Shown in pieces: positions 6,606 to 14,371 of a stretch of 20,584 bases of DNA (positions within the stretch are counted from its first letter, which is position 1; every line of letters begins with the position of its first letter). The notes below the pieces were generated by a model. It did no database searches and was not told the origin of the DNA. It saw only the letters and a list, made by a program, of their open reading frames with translations. The stretch is from the NCBI GenBank assembly GCA_020349685.1, contig CP070698.1, positions 1,856,292 to 1,876,875 of the forward strand, in the 5' to 3' direction. Position numbers and translations under genes: made by a program. The stretch comes from a bacterium. GTDB lineage: Bacteria; BMS3Abin14.

Positions 6606-7535
6606 ATGTCCTTCGACCTGAGACAGCTCAAGGCTTTCGAGGCTGTGGCAAGGCACGGCGGGTTCTCAAGGGCCTCGGAAGAGGTCGGTTTGACCCAGCC
6701 CACTTTGAGCACGCACATCCGGAACCTGGAGGACAATCTCGGGGCCCGTCTTTTCGACCGCGCCTCGAGAAGCGTCAGCCTCACTCCCACAGGGGTTCTC
6801 CTTGCCGATTACGCCCGCAAGATCCTCGCCCTTTACGAGGAATCCATCGAGGCCATTGAAGCTTTCACAGGCAATATCAGAGGCACCATCCATGTTCAGG
6901 CCAGCACCGTCCCCGGTGAATACCTCCTTCCCAGATGGCTCGTCAATTTTCACCGCCGGTACCCTGAGGTGCAGGTGATCCTCACCGTCAGCGATTCGGC
7001 CGTGGTTTTTGAAAAGATTGAGGGCGGAGAAATAGCCGTCGGCGTGACAGGAAGCCCGGGCAACCACGCCTCGGTGGAGAGCCGTCTCCTTTGCGAAGAC
7101 ACCATCGTCCTGGTTCGAGCTTCGGGGTCCGTGCCGGGTGGGCGGACGCCGGCTCTCGAGATCCAGGAGCTGTTCAATGTGCCCCTCATCAGGAGAGAAC
7201 CCGGCTCCGGGACGCAGCTGGCCCTGGACAACACCATGCGGCAGCAGGGTATCGATCCCGAATCGCTCCGCACCATAGTGGCCCTCGGGAGCACCCGCGC
7301 CGTGATCGAAGGTGTTCTCGCAGGTCTGGGCTGGGCTTTCGTTTCGCGCAGCACAGTGACGAGGGAGCTCGAGGCCCGGATCCTTGAGGAGGTGCCTGTA
7401 AACGGGTTGAGCATCAGCCGTGGTCTTTACGCTGTCCGTCACAAGCGGCGCACACTGTCCCCCGCGGCATCATGTTTTCTGGAAGAACTGGTCAGGTCCG
7501 GCCTTTATCTGGCAGGCGATCCTGAAAGGTCTTGA
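6606..7535 (+). CDS. LysR family transcriptional regulator (CysL / selenium-metabolism-associated type)
   Basis: N-terminal HTH FDLRQLKAFEAVARHGGFSRASEEVGLTQPTLSTHIRNLE; ASTVPGEYLLP; RREPGSGT. Starts 1 nt after the metH stop. Confidence 0.93.
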   Translation: MSFDLRQLKAFEAVARHGGFSRASEEVGLTQPTLSTHIRNLEDNLGARLFDRASRSVSLTPTGVLLADYARKILALYEESIEAIEAFTGNIRGTIHVQASTVPGEYLLPRWLVNFHRRYPEVQVILTVSDSAVVFEKIEGGEIAVGVTGSPGNHASVESRLLCEDTIVLVRASGSVPGGRTPALEIQELFNVPLIRREPGSGTQLALDNTMRQQGIDPESLRTIVALGSTRAVIEGVLAGLGWAFVSRSTVTRELEARILEEVPVNGLSISRGLYAVRHKRRTLSPAASCFLEELVRSGLYLAGDPERS

Positions 7536-7559
7536 TGTGCTGGACCGTGGGTATATAAT
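7532..7559 (+). promoter_or_regulatory. Putative sigma70 promoter for the hypothetical-ftsEX-envC unit
   Basis: TTGATG (7532-7537), 16-bp spacer, perfect TATAAT (7554-7559). Confidence 0.6.
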
Positions 7560-7616
7560 GAAGCGTTTATAAATAGGCCAACGAGAGGACCGGCAGGCAC
7601 CACGAACGGACAGGTC

Positions 7617-8126
7617 ATGCTGACAGGTTACAATACCGACATAAAACACGAAGGGACCATTTACCACGTCCAGACTGAGGATGGCGGTACCGAAAATCCC
7701 GTCATCGTCAGCCTGATCTATCAGGGCGGCAGGATCCTTGCCTCCAAAAAGACCAGCTACGCGCACATGCTGGGGGCGGAGGACCTCATCTCCCGTCTGA
7801 GGGATCTCCTGGAAAGACAGCACAGGGCCATGATCAAGGCCATCCTCACGGGTGGGGCGACAAGGGATCAGGGGCAGGCAAGGCCCGCAACGCCCCAGAA
7901 ACCGGCGCCTGGGCAGGCTCAGCCCGCGGTCCAGGCGGCACCCCAGCCGAGCCAGCCGGCGCAGCCCCAGGCCAGGGTGGAAGCCGGCCGCCAGCCGATA
8001 TCTTCCCAACCACCGCTGGAGATCCCCCCGGAAACGGTGACGGACGCGCCCGCAGACAGGGCCGCAGAAAAGAACCTCGATCAGGTTATCCTCGAATATC
8101 TGGCGTCGGAGATCGACAAAGATTGA
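7617..8126 (+). CDS. Conserved hypothetical protein with P/Q/A-rich linker
   Basis: Globular-looking N-terminus (MLTGYNTDIKHEGTIYHVQTEDGG..QHRAMIKAI), low-complexity P/Q/A linker, short C-terminal helix KNLDQVILEYL. GC-rich third positions; co-oriented with ftsE. Confidence 0.85.
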   Translation: MLTGYNTDIKHEGTIYHVQTEDGGTENPVIVSLIYQGGRILASKKTSYAHMLGAEDLISRLRDLLERQHRAMIKAILTGGATRDQGQARPATPQKPAPGQAQPAVQAAPQPSQPAQPQARVEAGRQPISSQPPLEIPPETVTDAPADRAAEKNLDQVILEYLASEIDKD

Positions 8127-8175
8127 TGGGCTGCCTCGTACCCGTTACGAGCGTCAGGAACATTCATAATATTTC

Positions 8176-8841
8176 ATGATCCAGCTCTTTCACGTCAGCA
8201 AGCTTTATCAGAAAGAGGTTCCTGCCCTACAGGACCTGAACCTTCATATCCCCAAGGGCGATTTCGCCTTCATTACCGGACCGAGCGGAGCCGGGAAAAG
8301 CACCCTCTTAAAGCTCCTTTTCGCTGAGGAGCGGCCCACCAACGGCCAGATCCTGATCCACGGACGCAACATCGCCCGCATGCCCGTTTCACGGATCCAC
8401 ACGCTCCGGCGTGAGATCGGGATCGTTTTTCAGGACTTCAAGCTGCTTCCCAACAGGAACGTTTTCGAAAACGTCGCCCTCGCTCTGGAGGTCCTCGGAA
8501 TGCCCAGGAGAGAGATCAGCCGCAGGGTCTGGCTGATGCTCAAGAGGCTCGGCATCCACCACAAGATGAGAGCCAACCCGCTCACCCTGTCCGGCGGCGA
8601 ACAGCAGCGCGTGGCCATCGCCAGGGCTCAGGTCAACGAGCCGACCATCCTTCTTGCCGATGAGCCGACCGGTGGTCTGGACGCGGAAGCTTCCCAGCGC
8701 ATAATGGAGGTTTTCGCCGACGTCAACGCCAGGGGAACGACCGTCGTCGTCGCCACCCACAACCTGGAGATCGTCCGCACCATGGGACGGAGGGTCATCC
8801 ACCTTGAGGCGGGACGGCTGGTGTCCGGAGGAAACCCTTGA
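8176..8841 (+). CDS. ftsE: Cell division ATP-binding protein FtsE
   Basis: Walker A GPSGAGKST, IVFQDFKLL, LSGGEQQRVAIARA, LLADEPTG, VATH. Overlaps ftsX. Confidence 0.96.
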   Translation: MIQLFHVSKLYQKEVPALQDLNLHIPKGDFAFITGPSGAGKSTLLKLLFAEERPTNGQILIHGRNIARMPVSRIHTLRREIGIVFQDFKLLPNRNVFENVALALEVLGMPRREISRRVWLMLKRLGIHHKMRANPLTLSGGEQQRVAIARAQVNEPTILLADEPTGGLDAEASQRIMEVFADVNARGTTVVVATHNLEIVRTMGRRVIHLEAGRLVSGGNP

Positions 8842-9728
8842 ACCGCCTCCTCTCCTCCATAGGCCGCGCCGCCACGAACCTTCGCCAGAGCTGGCTCATC
8901 AGCTCCATCACCATAGGCATCATATCCATCTGCCTTTTCCTGGTCGGAGGATACCTTCTCATAACCTACAACCTGCAGGGTGTTTTCGAGGCCTGGAAGG
9001 ACCAGGTGCTGATCACCGTTTACCTCAGAGACGGATTCCCGGAGGACGATATCCTGCTGCTTCAGGACCGCCTCTCGTCTCTGCCCGAGGTCCACGCCGT
9101 TACCTACACATCCAAGGAAAAGGCCCTGGAGGAATTCGGCGCCATGCTCGGCGAAGACCGGTTTCTCATCGAGGGCCTGGACCGTAACCCGCTTCCGGCC
9201 AGTCTACAGATGACGCCCAAAGAGCCGTACCGGAACCTCGAGGGGGTCAGGACCATCCTCGCGGCCATAGGGGACGACCCTCTCGTCCAGGACATCCAGT
9301 ACGGACAGGACTGGCTCGACAGGCTCGACAAGCTTTTCTACCTCCTCGATTTCGGTGCTCTCGTACTGGGACTGACCCTTTCCCTGGCGGCCGTGTTCAT
9401 TATCTCCAACACCATCAAGATCACCGTCATGGCCAGAAGGGATGAACTGGAGATCATGCGCCTCGTCGGCGCCACCGAGGGCTTCATACGCCTGCCCTTC
9501 CTCGTGGAGGGCGTGATCCAGGGCATGGCCGGAGCCCTGATCTCGCTGGGCCTGCTCGGCGGCGTTCACCTCCTGGTCTCCACCCGTTCAGACCAGCCTC
9601 TCCTTAAAATGCTGAACCTCGATTCCCTCTCCTTCCTGCCCCTCACGGCCATGGGAGCCATTCTGCTGGGAGGTATGGTGCTGGGCGGTCTGGGCAGCCT
9701 GGCTTCCGTGGGGAGACATTCCCGATGA
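8838..9728 (+). CDS. ftsX: Cell division permease FtsX
   Basis: One N-terminal TM, periplasmic NPLPASL..IQYGQDW, ISNTIKITVMARRDELEIMRLVGAT..FIRLPFLVEG, three C-terminal TMs. TTG start overlaps the ftsE stop. Confidence 0.95.
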   Translation: MNRLLSSIGRAATNLRQSWLISSITIGIISICLFLVGGYLLITYNLQGVFEAWKDQVLITVYLRDGFPEDDILLLQDRLSSLPEVHAVTYTSKEKALEEFGAMLGEDRFLIEGLDRNPLPASLQMTPKEPYRNLEGVRTILAAIGDDPLVQDIQYGQDWLDRLDKLFYLLDFGALVLGLTLSLAAVFIISNTIKITVMARRDELEIMRLVGATEGFIRLPFLVEGVIQGMAGALISLGLLGGVHLLVSTRSDQPLLKMLNLDSLSFLPLTAMGAILLGGMVLGGLGSLASVGRHSR

Positions 9729-10873
9729 GGCGGTCCCTGGTCATACCGTTCGTGGCGCTGGTCGTGCTCATGGCGCCCGCGGCCCGGAGCGAGGGCCCCT
9801 CCGGAGACATCGAGGGGGCGAAGGAGAAGCTCGAGAACATCCAGAAACGAATGGGGACGGCGCAGGAAAGGATCAAAGAGAGCGAGAAGCGGGAGAGATC
9901 CATCCTCGGTTCCATCGAGGCCCTGGACAGAGAGATCGGCAGCGCCCGCCGGAAGATCAGGGATCTCAACACCCGGGAACGCGATCTCAAGGAAGGGATA
10001 TCGGCCTCCGAGAGCCGCATCAGGGATATAAGACGGCAGCGGGAAAAAACCGCAGGATGGCTCTCCCTGAGGTCTGCCGCCCTTTACAAAGCGGGCCGCC
10101 TGAGTTATCTAAGGATCATACTGAACTCCACGGGGATCGAAGACCTCCAGAGACGATCCTATTATCTGAAGATGCTGGCCGAAAGCGATTCCGAGCTCTT
10201 TAATCTCTCCACTGAACTTTACAAGAGTCAACAGAGTCAGGTTGAGGCTCTTAAGTCAGCCAAAGATCAGCTTATCTCCACTCGCCGCGACCAGGAGGAA
10301 AGCCTCGCGGTGCTCGCGCGCAAAAAGCGCGAGAAGGACCTGATACTGGCTGCCGCCAGGGACCAGAAGGACAAGAACGCCACCCTGCTCAGAGAGCTGG
10401 AGTCCTCCGCGTCCCACCTGGAAAAGATGCTCTCGGCTCTCGAGCTTCAGGCAAAAACAGGTGAATCAGCCTTCGCCACCCTCAAGGGCTCCCTCAAAAA
10501 GCCGGTATCGGGAAAGGTTGTGCGATCCTTCGGGAGAAACCGCACCGGCAGGTTCAACACCTACACCATCTCCAACGGAGTGACGATCCAATCGGCCGAG
10601 GGCACCCCCATCCGATCCGTCTATAACGGAAAGGTCATCTTCGCTGACTGGTTCAGCGGTTACGGCAGGATCATCATCCTTGATCACGGTGGAGGGTACT
10701 ACACGCTTTACGGACACCTGTCGGAGCTTAAAGTTGCCGCAGGCGACGAGATAGAGGCGGACAGGATCATCGGCCTCGTGGGAGACAGCGGCTCACTGGA
10801 AGGACCCGCTCTCTATTTCGAGATCAGGCTTCACGGAAAACCGGTGAACCCTTCCCCGTGGTTTAAAGGATGA
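9725..10873 (+). CDS. envC: Murein hydrolase activator EnvC (coiled coil plus degenerate M23/LytM domain)
   Basis: Signal peptide, long coiled coil, M23 fold (GKVIFADWFSGYG..IILDHGGGYYTLYGHL..ALYFEIR..PVNP). Zn motifs are degenerate (SNGVT for HxxxD, ALY for HxH), as in EnvC. Follows ftsEX. Confidence 0.92.
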   Translation: MRRSLVIPFVALVVLMAPAARSEGPSGDIEGAKEKLENIQKRMGTAQERIKESEKRERSILGSIEALDREIGSARRKIRDLNTRERDLKEGISASESRIRDIRRQREKTAGWLSLRSAALYKAGRLSYLRIILNSTGIEDLQRRSYYLKMLAESDSELFNLSTELYKSQQSQVEALKSAKDQLISTRRDQEESLAVLARKKREKDLILAAARDQKDKNATLLRELESSASHLEKMLSALELQAKTGESAFATLKGSLKKPVSGKVVRSFGRNRTGRFNTYTISNGVTIQSAEGTPIRSVYNGKVIFADWFSGYGRIIILDHGGGYYTLYGHLSELKVAAGDEIEADRIIGLVGDSGSLEGPALYFEIRLHGKPVNPSPWFKG

Positions 10874-10889
10874 TTACATTTAGCCCTGT

Positions 10890-10898
10890 TGCTATTAT
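10890..10898 (+). promoter_or_regulatory. Putative extended -10 promoter for ctpA
   Basis: TG-c-TATTAT just after the envC stop; no good -35. Confidence 0.35.
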
Positions 10899-11042
10899 TC
10901 ATAAAGGCGCTCTACCGTCAGACCGGGCGCCGAGGAAATTCATAGATGTGACTGGATCGGTTTTAACGCATCCGGGGCCAGCCGTTCAGTCCTGGCAAAG
11001 AGAACGGATACAGCATCCATCTCTGAAAAGGAGGAAAATCTA

Positions 11043-12389
11043 ATGAAAGCCGTCAGGTACATCAGGACCGGGCTGCTGGTCGCGCTCCTTCTTCTTGTGG
11101 GAGTGACAACGGACAATCGTAGCCCCATCAGCGACGCCCAGGCCTACAACGATCAGACGTATGACCAGATCCGGTTATTCTCTGAAGCTCTTTCCATAGT
11201 GCAGAAAAACTACGTCGAGGAACCGGAAACCCAGGAGCTGGTTCGAGGCGCCATACGCGGCATGCTCACCTCCCTGGACCCTCACAGTTCCTTCATGACC
11301 CCCGACATGTACAAGGAGATGCAGATCGACACCCAGGGGGAATTCCAGGGCATCGGCATCACCATCGGAACAAGGGACGGGATATTGACGGTCATAGCTC
11401 CCATTGACGACACCCCCGCCCACCGTGCCGGGATCCTTGCCGGCGACAAGATCGTGATGATCGAGGATAAGCCCACCAAGGATATGAGCCTCATGGAAGC
11501 GGTCAAGCTCATGAGAGGTCCGAAGGGAACCCAGGTGACGATCAGCATCCTGAGGGAGGGTGAGCCCGCCCCGATCAAACACACGATCACGCGGGATGTC
11601 ATCCCCCTGACCAGCGTCAAGGTCAAGGACATCGATCGGAATATCGGGTACTTGCGCATCACCAATTTCGCGAAGAAAACCTCCACGGAGTTCGGAGAGG
11701 CTCTCGAGAAGATCCGCAAGGACAAAGGGGAAGATTTCAAGGGCCTCGTCCTCGACCTCAGGAACAACCCGGGCGGGCTCCTCGTATCGGCCATTGAGAT
11801 TGCCGATCATTTCATCGAATCCGGACCCATCGTCACCACCAAGGGCCGCCTGCAGAACCAGAACTTCGCCTACAACGCCAAGACCAGGGGCACGGAACCC
11901 CAGTACCCCATGGTGGTGCTGGTCAACGGCGGTTCGGCCAGCGCATCTGAGATCGTGGCCGGTGCCCTCCAGGACAGCAAAAAGGCCATCCTCATCGGCA
12001 CCACCACCTTCGGCACGGGATCGGTGCAGACCATTTACAGGCTGGGAGACGGCTCTGGGATGAGGGTCACCACGGCCCGCTACTTCACCCCTTCCGGCAG
12101 GTCCATCCAGGCCACGGGGATCGAACCGGACATCATTGTCCGCAACAAAGGCGGCACCCCCAGGGGGCACCTCAGGGAGAAGGATCTTACCGGTCACCTG
12201 GAGAACAACCAGGTCGAGGAGGACGGTGTCGACAGGGACGAACAGCCTGAGGAGGAAGGGCCCGCTCTGGATTTCATACCCGAGGATCCTGCCGAGGACA
12301 CCCAGCTCATGAGAGCCGTGGATCTGCTCAAGGGTGTGGACCTGTTCAAGGAACTCCAGGACACGGCCAAAGTAAAGATCGAGGAGTAG
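11043..12389 (+). CDS. ctpA: S41 carboxyl-terminal processing protease CtpA (catalytic Lys replaced by Thr)
   Basis: Signal/anchor, LDPHSSF, PDZ (GEFQGIGI..APIDDTPA..AGD), LDLRNNPGG, NGGSASASEIVAGALQD, TFG[T]GSVQ, TTARYFTPSGRSIQ..GIEPD. SD AGGAGG. Confidence 0.95.
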   Translation: MKAVRYIRTGLLVALLLLVGVTTDNRSPISDAQAYNDQTYDQIRLFSEALSIVQKNYVEEPETQELVRGAIRGMLTSLDPHSSFMTPDMYKEMQIDTQGEFQGIGITIGTRDGILTVIAPIDDTPAHRAGILAGDKIVMIEDKPTKDMSLMEAVKLMRGPKGTQVTISILREGEPAPIKHTITRDVIPLTSVKVKDIDRNIGYLRITNFAKKTSTEFGEALEKIRKDKGEDFKGLVLDLRNNPGGLLVSAIEIADHFIESGPIVTTKGRLQNQNFAYNAKTRGTEPQYPMVVLVNGGSASASEIVAGALQDSKKAILIGTTTFGTGSVQTIYRLGDGSGMRVTTARYFTPSGRSIQATGIEPDIIVRNKGGTPRGHLREKDLTGHLENNQVEEDGVDRDEQPEEEGPALDFIPEDPAEDTQLMRAVDLLKGVDLFKELQDTAKVKIEE

Positions 12390-12393
12390 GGAT

Positions 12394-13284
12394 CTGTCCG
12401 CCGCTTCCAGCTCCGGGCGGCGCAAGACCCGGAAGAAGAAAAAAAAGGGTAAGATCAGCAGCCGGAACACTATCCGGCTGCTGATACCGGTTTTCGTTCT
12501 CATCCTGGTCGCGGCCGGTTTCTTGTGGTTCGGTAAAACGCCGGTCAAACCCAGGAAACCGCCTGCCGTGGACCGGGTCACGATCCCGGTCAGCCCCCTC
12601 GAAATGAAGGCGGTTGCCATCATCATCGATGATGTGGGACACAGCCACCCCGCCGCCAGGCCCTTTATCGAAATGGATCACCCTGTCGCCCTTTCCATTT
12701 TGCCGGACCGGCCCTTTTCCAGCGAGCTTGCCTTCGAGGCCGAGCGGCGGGGCAAAACGGTCCTTCTGCACCTGCCCATGGAGCCGGAGGACTATCCCAG
12801 GGTTGACCCCGGACCAGGGGCCATCCTTCTTACGCAGAACGCGGACGAAATAAGAGAGATCATAGGCAGAGAGATCGCCTCACTTCCCATGATCGCAGGC
12901 ATCAACAACCATATGGGATCGAAAGCCACTGCCGACGCCAGGGTCATGGAAACTGTCCTAACGATCATCGCCGAAAGAGGACTTTTCTTCGTCGACAGCC
13001 GGACAACCCCGGAAACCATCGCCCTGGACCTCGCCCGGCAACTGGACATACCATCGGCCAGACGCGACGTGTTCCTCGACAACGACCTCAGACCTTCCGC
13101 CATCGACGCCAGGATCGATGAACTCCTGGACCTGGCAGAAAAAAACGGACGGGCCATCGGGATCGGACACGCCAACGTCGAGACGGCCAGGGCGCTGGAG
13201 AGGATGGCTGTAAAGGTCAGGGAAAGAAGGATACAGTGGATATCTCTGGAGAGCCTTATCGCCTATGCTGATCCTGGGAATTGA
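12394..13284 (+). CDS. Divergent polysaccharide deacetylase family protein (YibQ-like), membrane anchored
   Basis: AIIIDDVG, LLHLPMEP, GINNHMGS, FVDSRT, RDVFLDN, AIGIGH. The frame is open upstream of the listed TTG (12523) back to a CTG at 12394 with SD GAGGAG, adding a basic stretch and a TM helix. Start codon is inferred. Confidence 0.9.
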   Translation: MSAASSSGRRKTRKKKKKGKISSRNTIRLLIPVFVLILVAAGFLWFGKTPVKPRKPPAVDRVTIPVSPLEMKAVAIIIDDVGHSHPAARPFIEMDHPVALSILPDRPFSSELAFEAERRGKTVLLHLPMEPEDYPRVDPGPGAILLTQNADEIREIIGREIASLPMIAGINNHMGSKATADARVMETVLTIIAERGLFFVDSRTTPETIALDLARQLDIPSARRDVFLDNDLRPSAIDARIDELLDLAEKNGRAIGIGHANVETARALERMAVKVRERRIQWISLESLIAYADPGN

Positions 13285-14365
13285 GACATCGTGTGACGAC
13301 ACGGCAGCGGCCGTCGTTGAAGACGGCCGCCGGGTGCTCTCCTCCGTGGTCCAGGACCAGGACGACCTCCATGGCCCCTTCGGAGGGGTGGTACCGGAAA
13401 TAGCCTCGAGAAGGCATCTCGAGGTCATCGGCCCTGTCGTCCGCCGCGCCCTGGAGTCTTCCAGAACCTCTCTTGGGGAGATAGACCTCATATCGGTCAC
13501 CGCGGGACCGGGGCTCATCGGTTCCCTCCTGGTGGGCCTCTCCTACGCCAAAGGACTGTGCTACGCGACAGGCCTGCCCCTGGTTCCGGTGGATCACATC
13601 CAGGGTCACCTGATGACCCTGGACCTGGCAGGGGGCACACCCCTTCCCTCGGTTTTTCTTGTATCATCCGGGGGGCACACGACCCTTTACCACATGGAGG
13701 GCGATGATCCTCCCGGCGTCCTGGGAACGACCCTGGATGATGCGGCCGGCGAGGCTCTTGACAAGGCGGCAAAGATGCTGGGCCTTGGATACCCCGGTGG
13801 TCCGGCCATGGAGAAGGCCGCGTCGGGGGGAGATCCAGCGGCCCTGGAGTTCCCAAGGCCCCTTTCCGGGCGGGACACGCTTGATTTCAGTTTCAGCGGA
13901 CTTAAAACTTCCCTCTTTACCTGGCTCAAGCGGGAAGGTTATTTTGACCAGACAACGACGGGCAGGCGCCTTCCCCTCGCCATCGCCGACATCGCCGCGT
14001 CTTACCAGATGGCCGTGGTCGACATCCTTCTCGAGAGGTGTCTTGCCGCACTCAGGCACACGGGAGGCACAGAACTCGTCGTCGTGGGCGGGGTCGCAAG
14101 AAACGCGCTCCTGCGCAGGCGGGCCGCGGCCGCGGCTGTCGAGGAAGGGTTCGAGGTTCACTTTCCGCCGCCCCGGCTCTGCACGGACAACGCCGCCATG
14201 ATCGCGGCACTCGGCTTCAGGGAACGGAAAAGAGCCTTGACGGATCCCCTTGAAATAAACGCTTACTCCACCAAAGCTCTTAAAGCTGGGACCGCACACC
14301 TGGCCGATCACCGGTCGGGAGGGCCGGCCGCCAGATCCGACAGAAAACCCGTAGGACACCACTAA
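13265..14365 (+). CDS. tsaD: tRNA N6-adenosine threonylcarbamoyltransferase TsaD
   Basis: MLILGIETSCDDTAAA, GGVVPEIASRRH, GPGLIGSL, HIQGH, SGGHT, TLDDAAGEALDK, FSFSGLKT, CTDNAAMIA. Confidence 0.96.
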   Translation: MLILGIETSCDDTAAAVVEDGRRVLSSVVQDQDDLHGPFGGVVPEIASRRHLEVIGPVVRRALESSRTSLGEIDLISVTAGPGLIGSLLVGLSYAKGLCYATGLPLVPVDHIQGHLMTLDLAGGTPLPSVFLVSSGGHTTLYHMEGDDPPGVLGTTLDDAAGEALDKAAKMLGLGYPGGPAMEKAASGGDPAALEFPRPLSGRDTLDFSFSGLKTSLFTWLKREGYFDQTTTGRRLPLAIADIAASYQMAVVDILLERCLAALRHTGGTELVVVGGVARNALLRRRAAAAAVEEGFEVHFPPPRLCTDNAAMIAALGFRERKRALTDPLEINAYSTKALKAGTAHLADHRSGGPAARSDRKPVGHH

Positions 14366-14371
14366 TTGTTC

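Noticed and set aside
10560-10830. Missing zinc ligands in the M23 domain
   Set aside because: Normal for EnvC, which is a non-catalytic amidase activator.
11175-12626. 483-aa minus-strand ORF
   Set aside because: Antisense shadow of ctpA, expected from GC-rich codon bias; no recognisable motifs.
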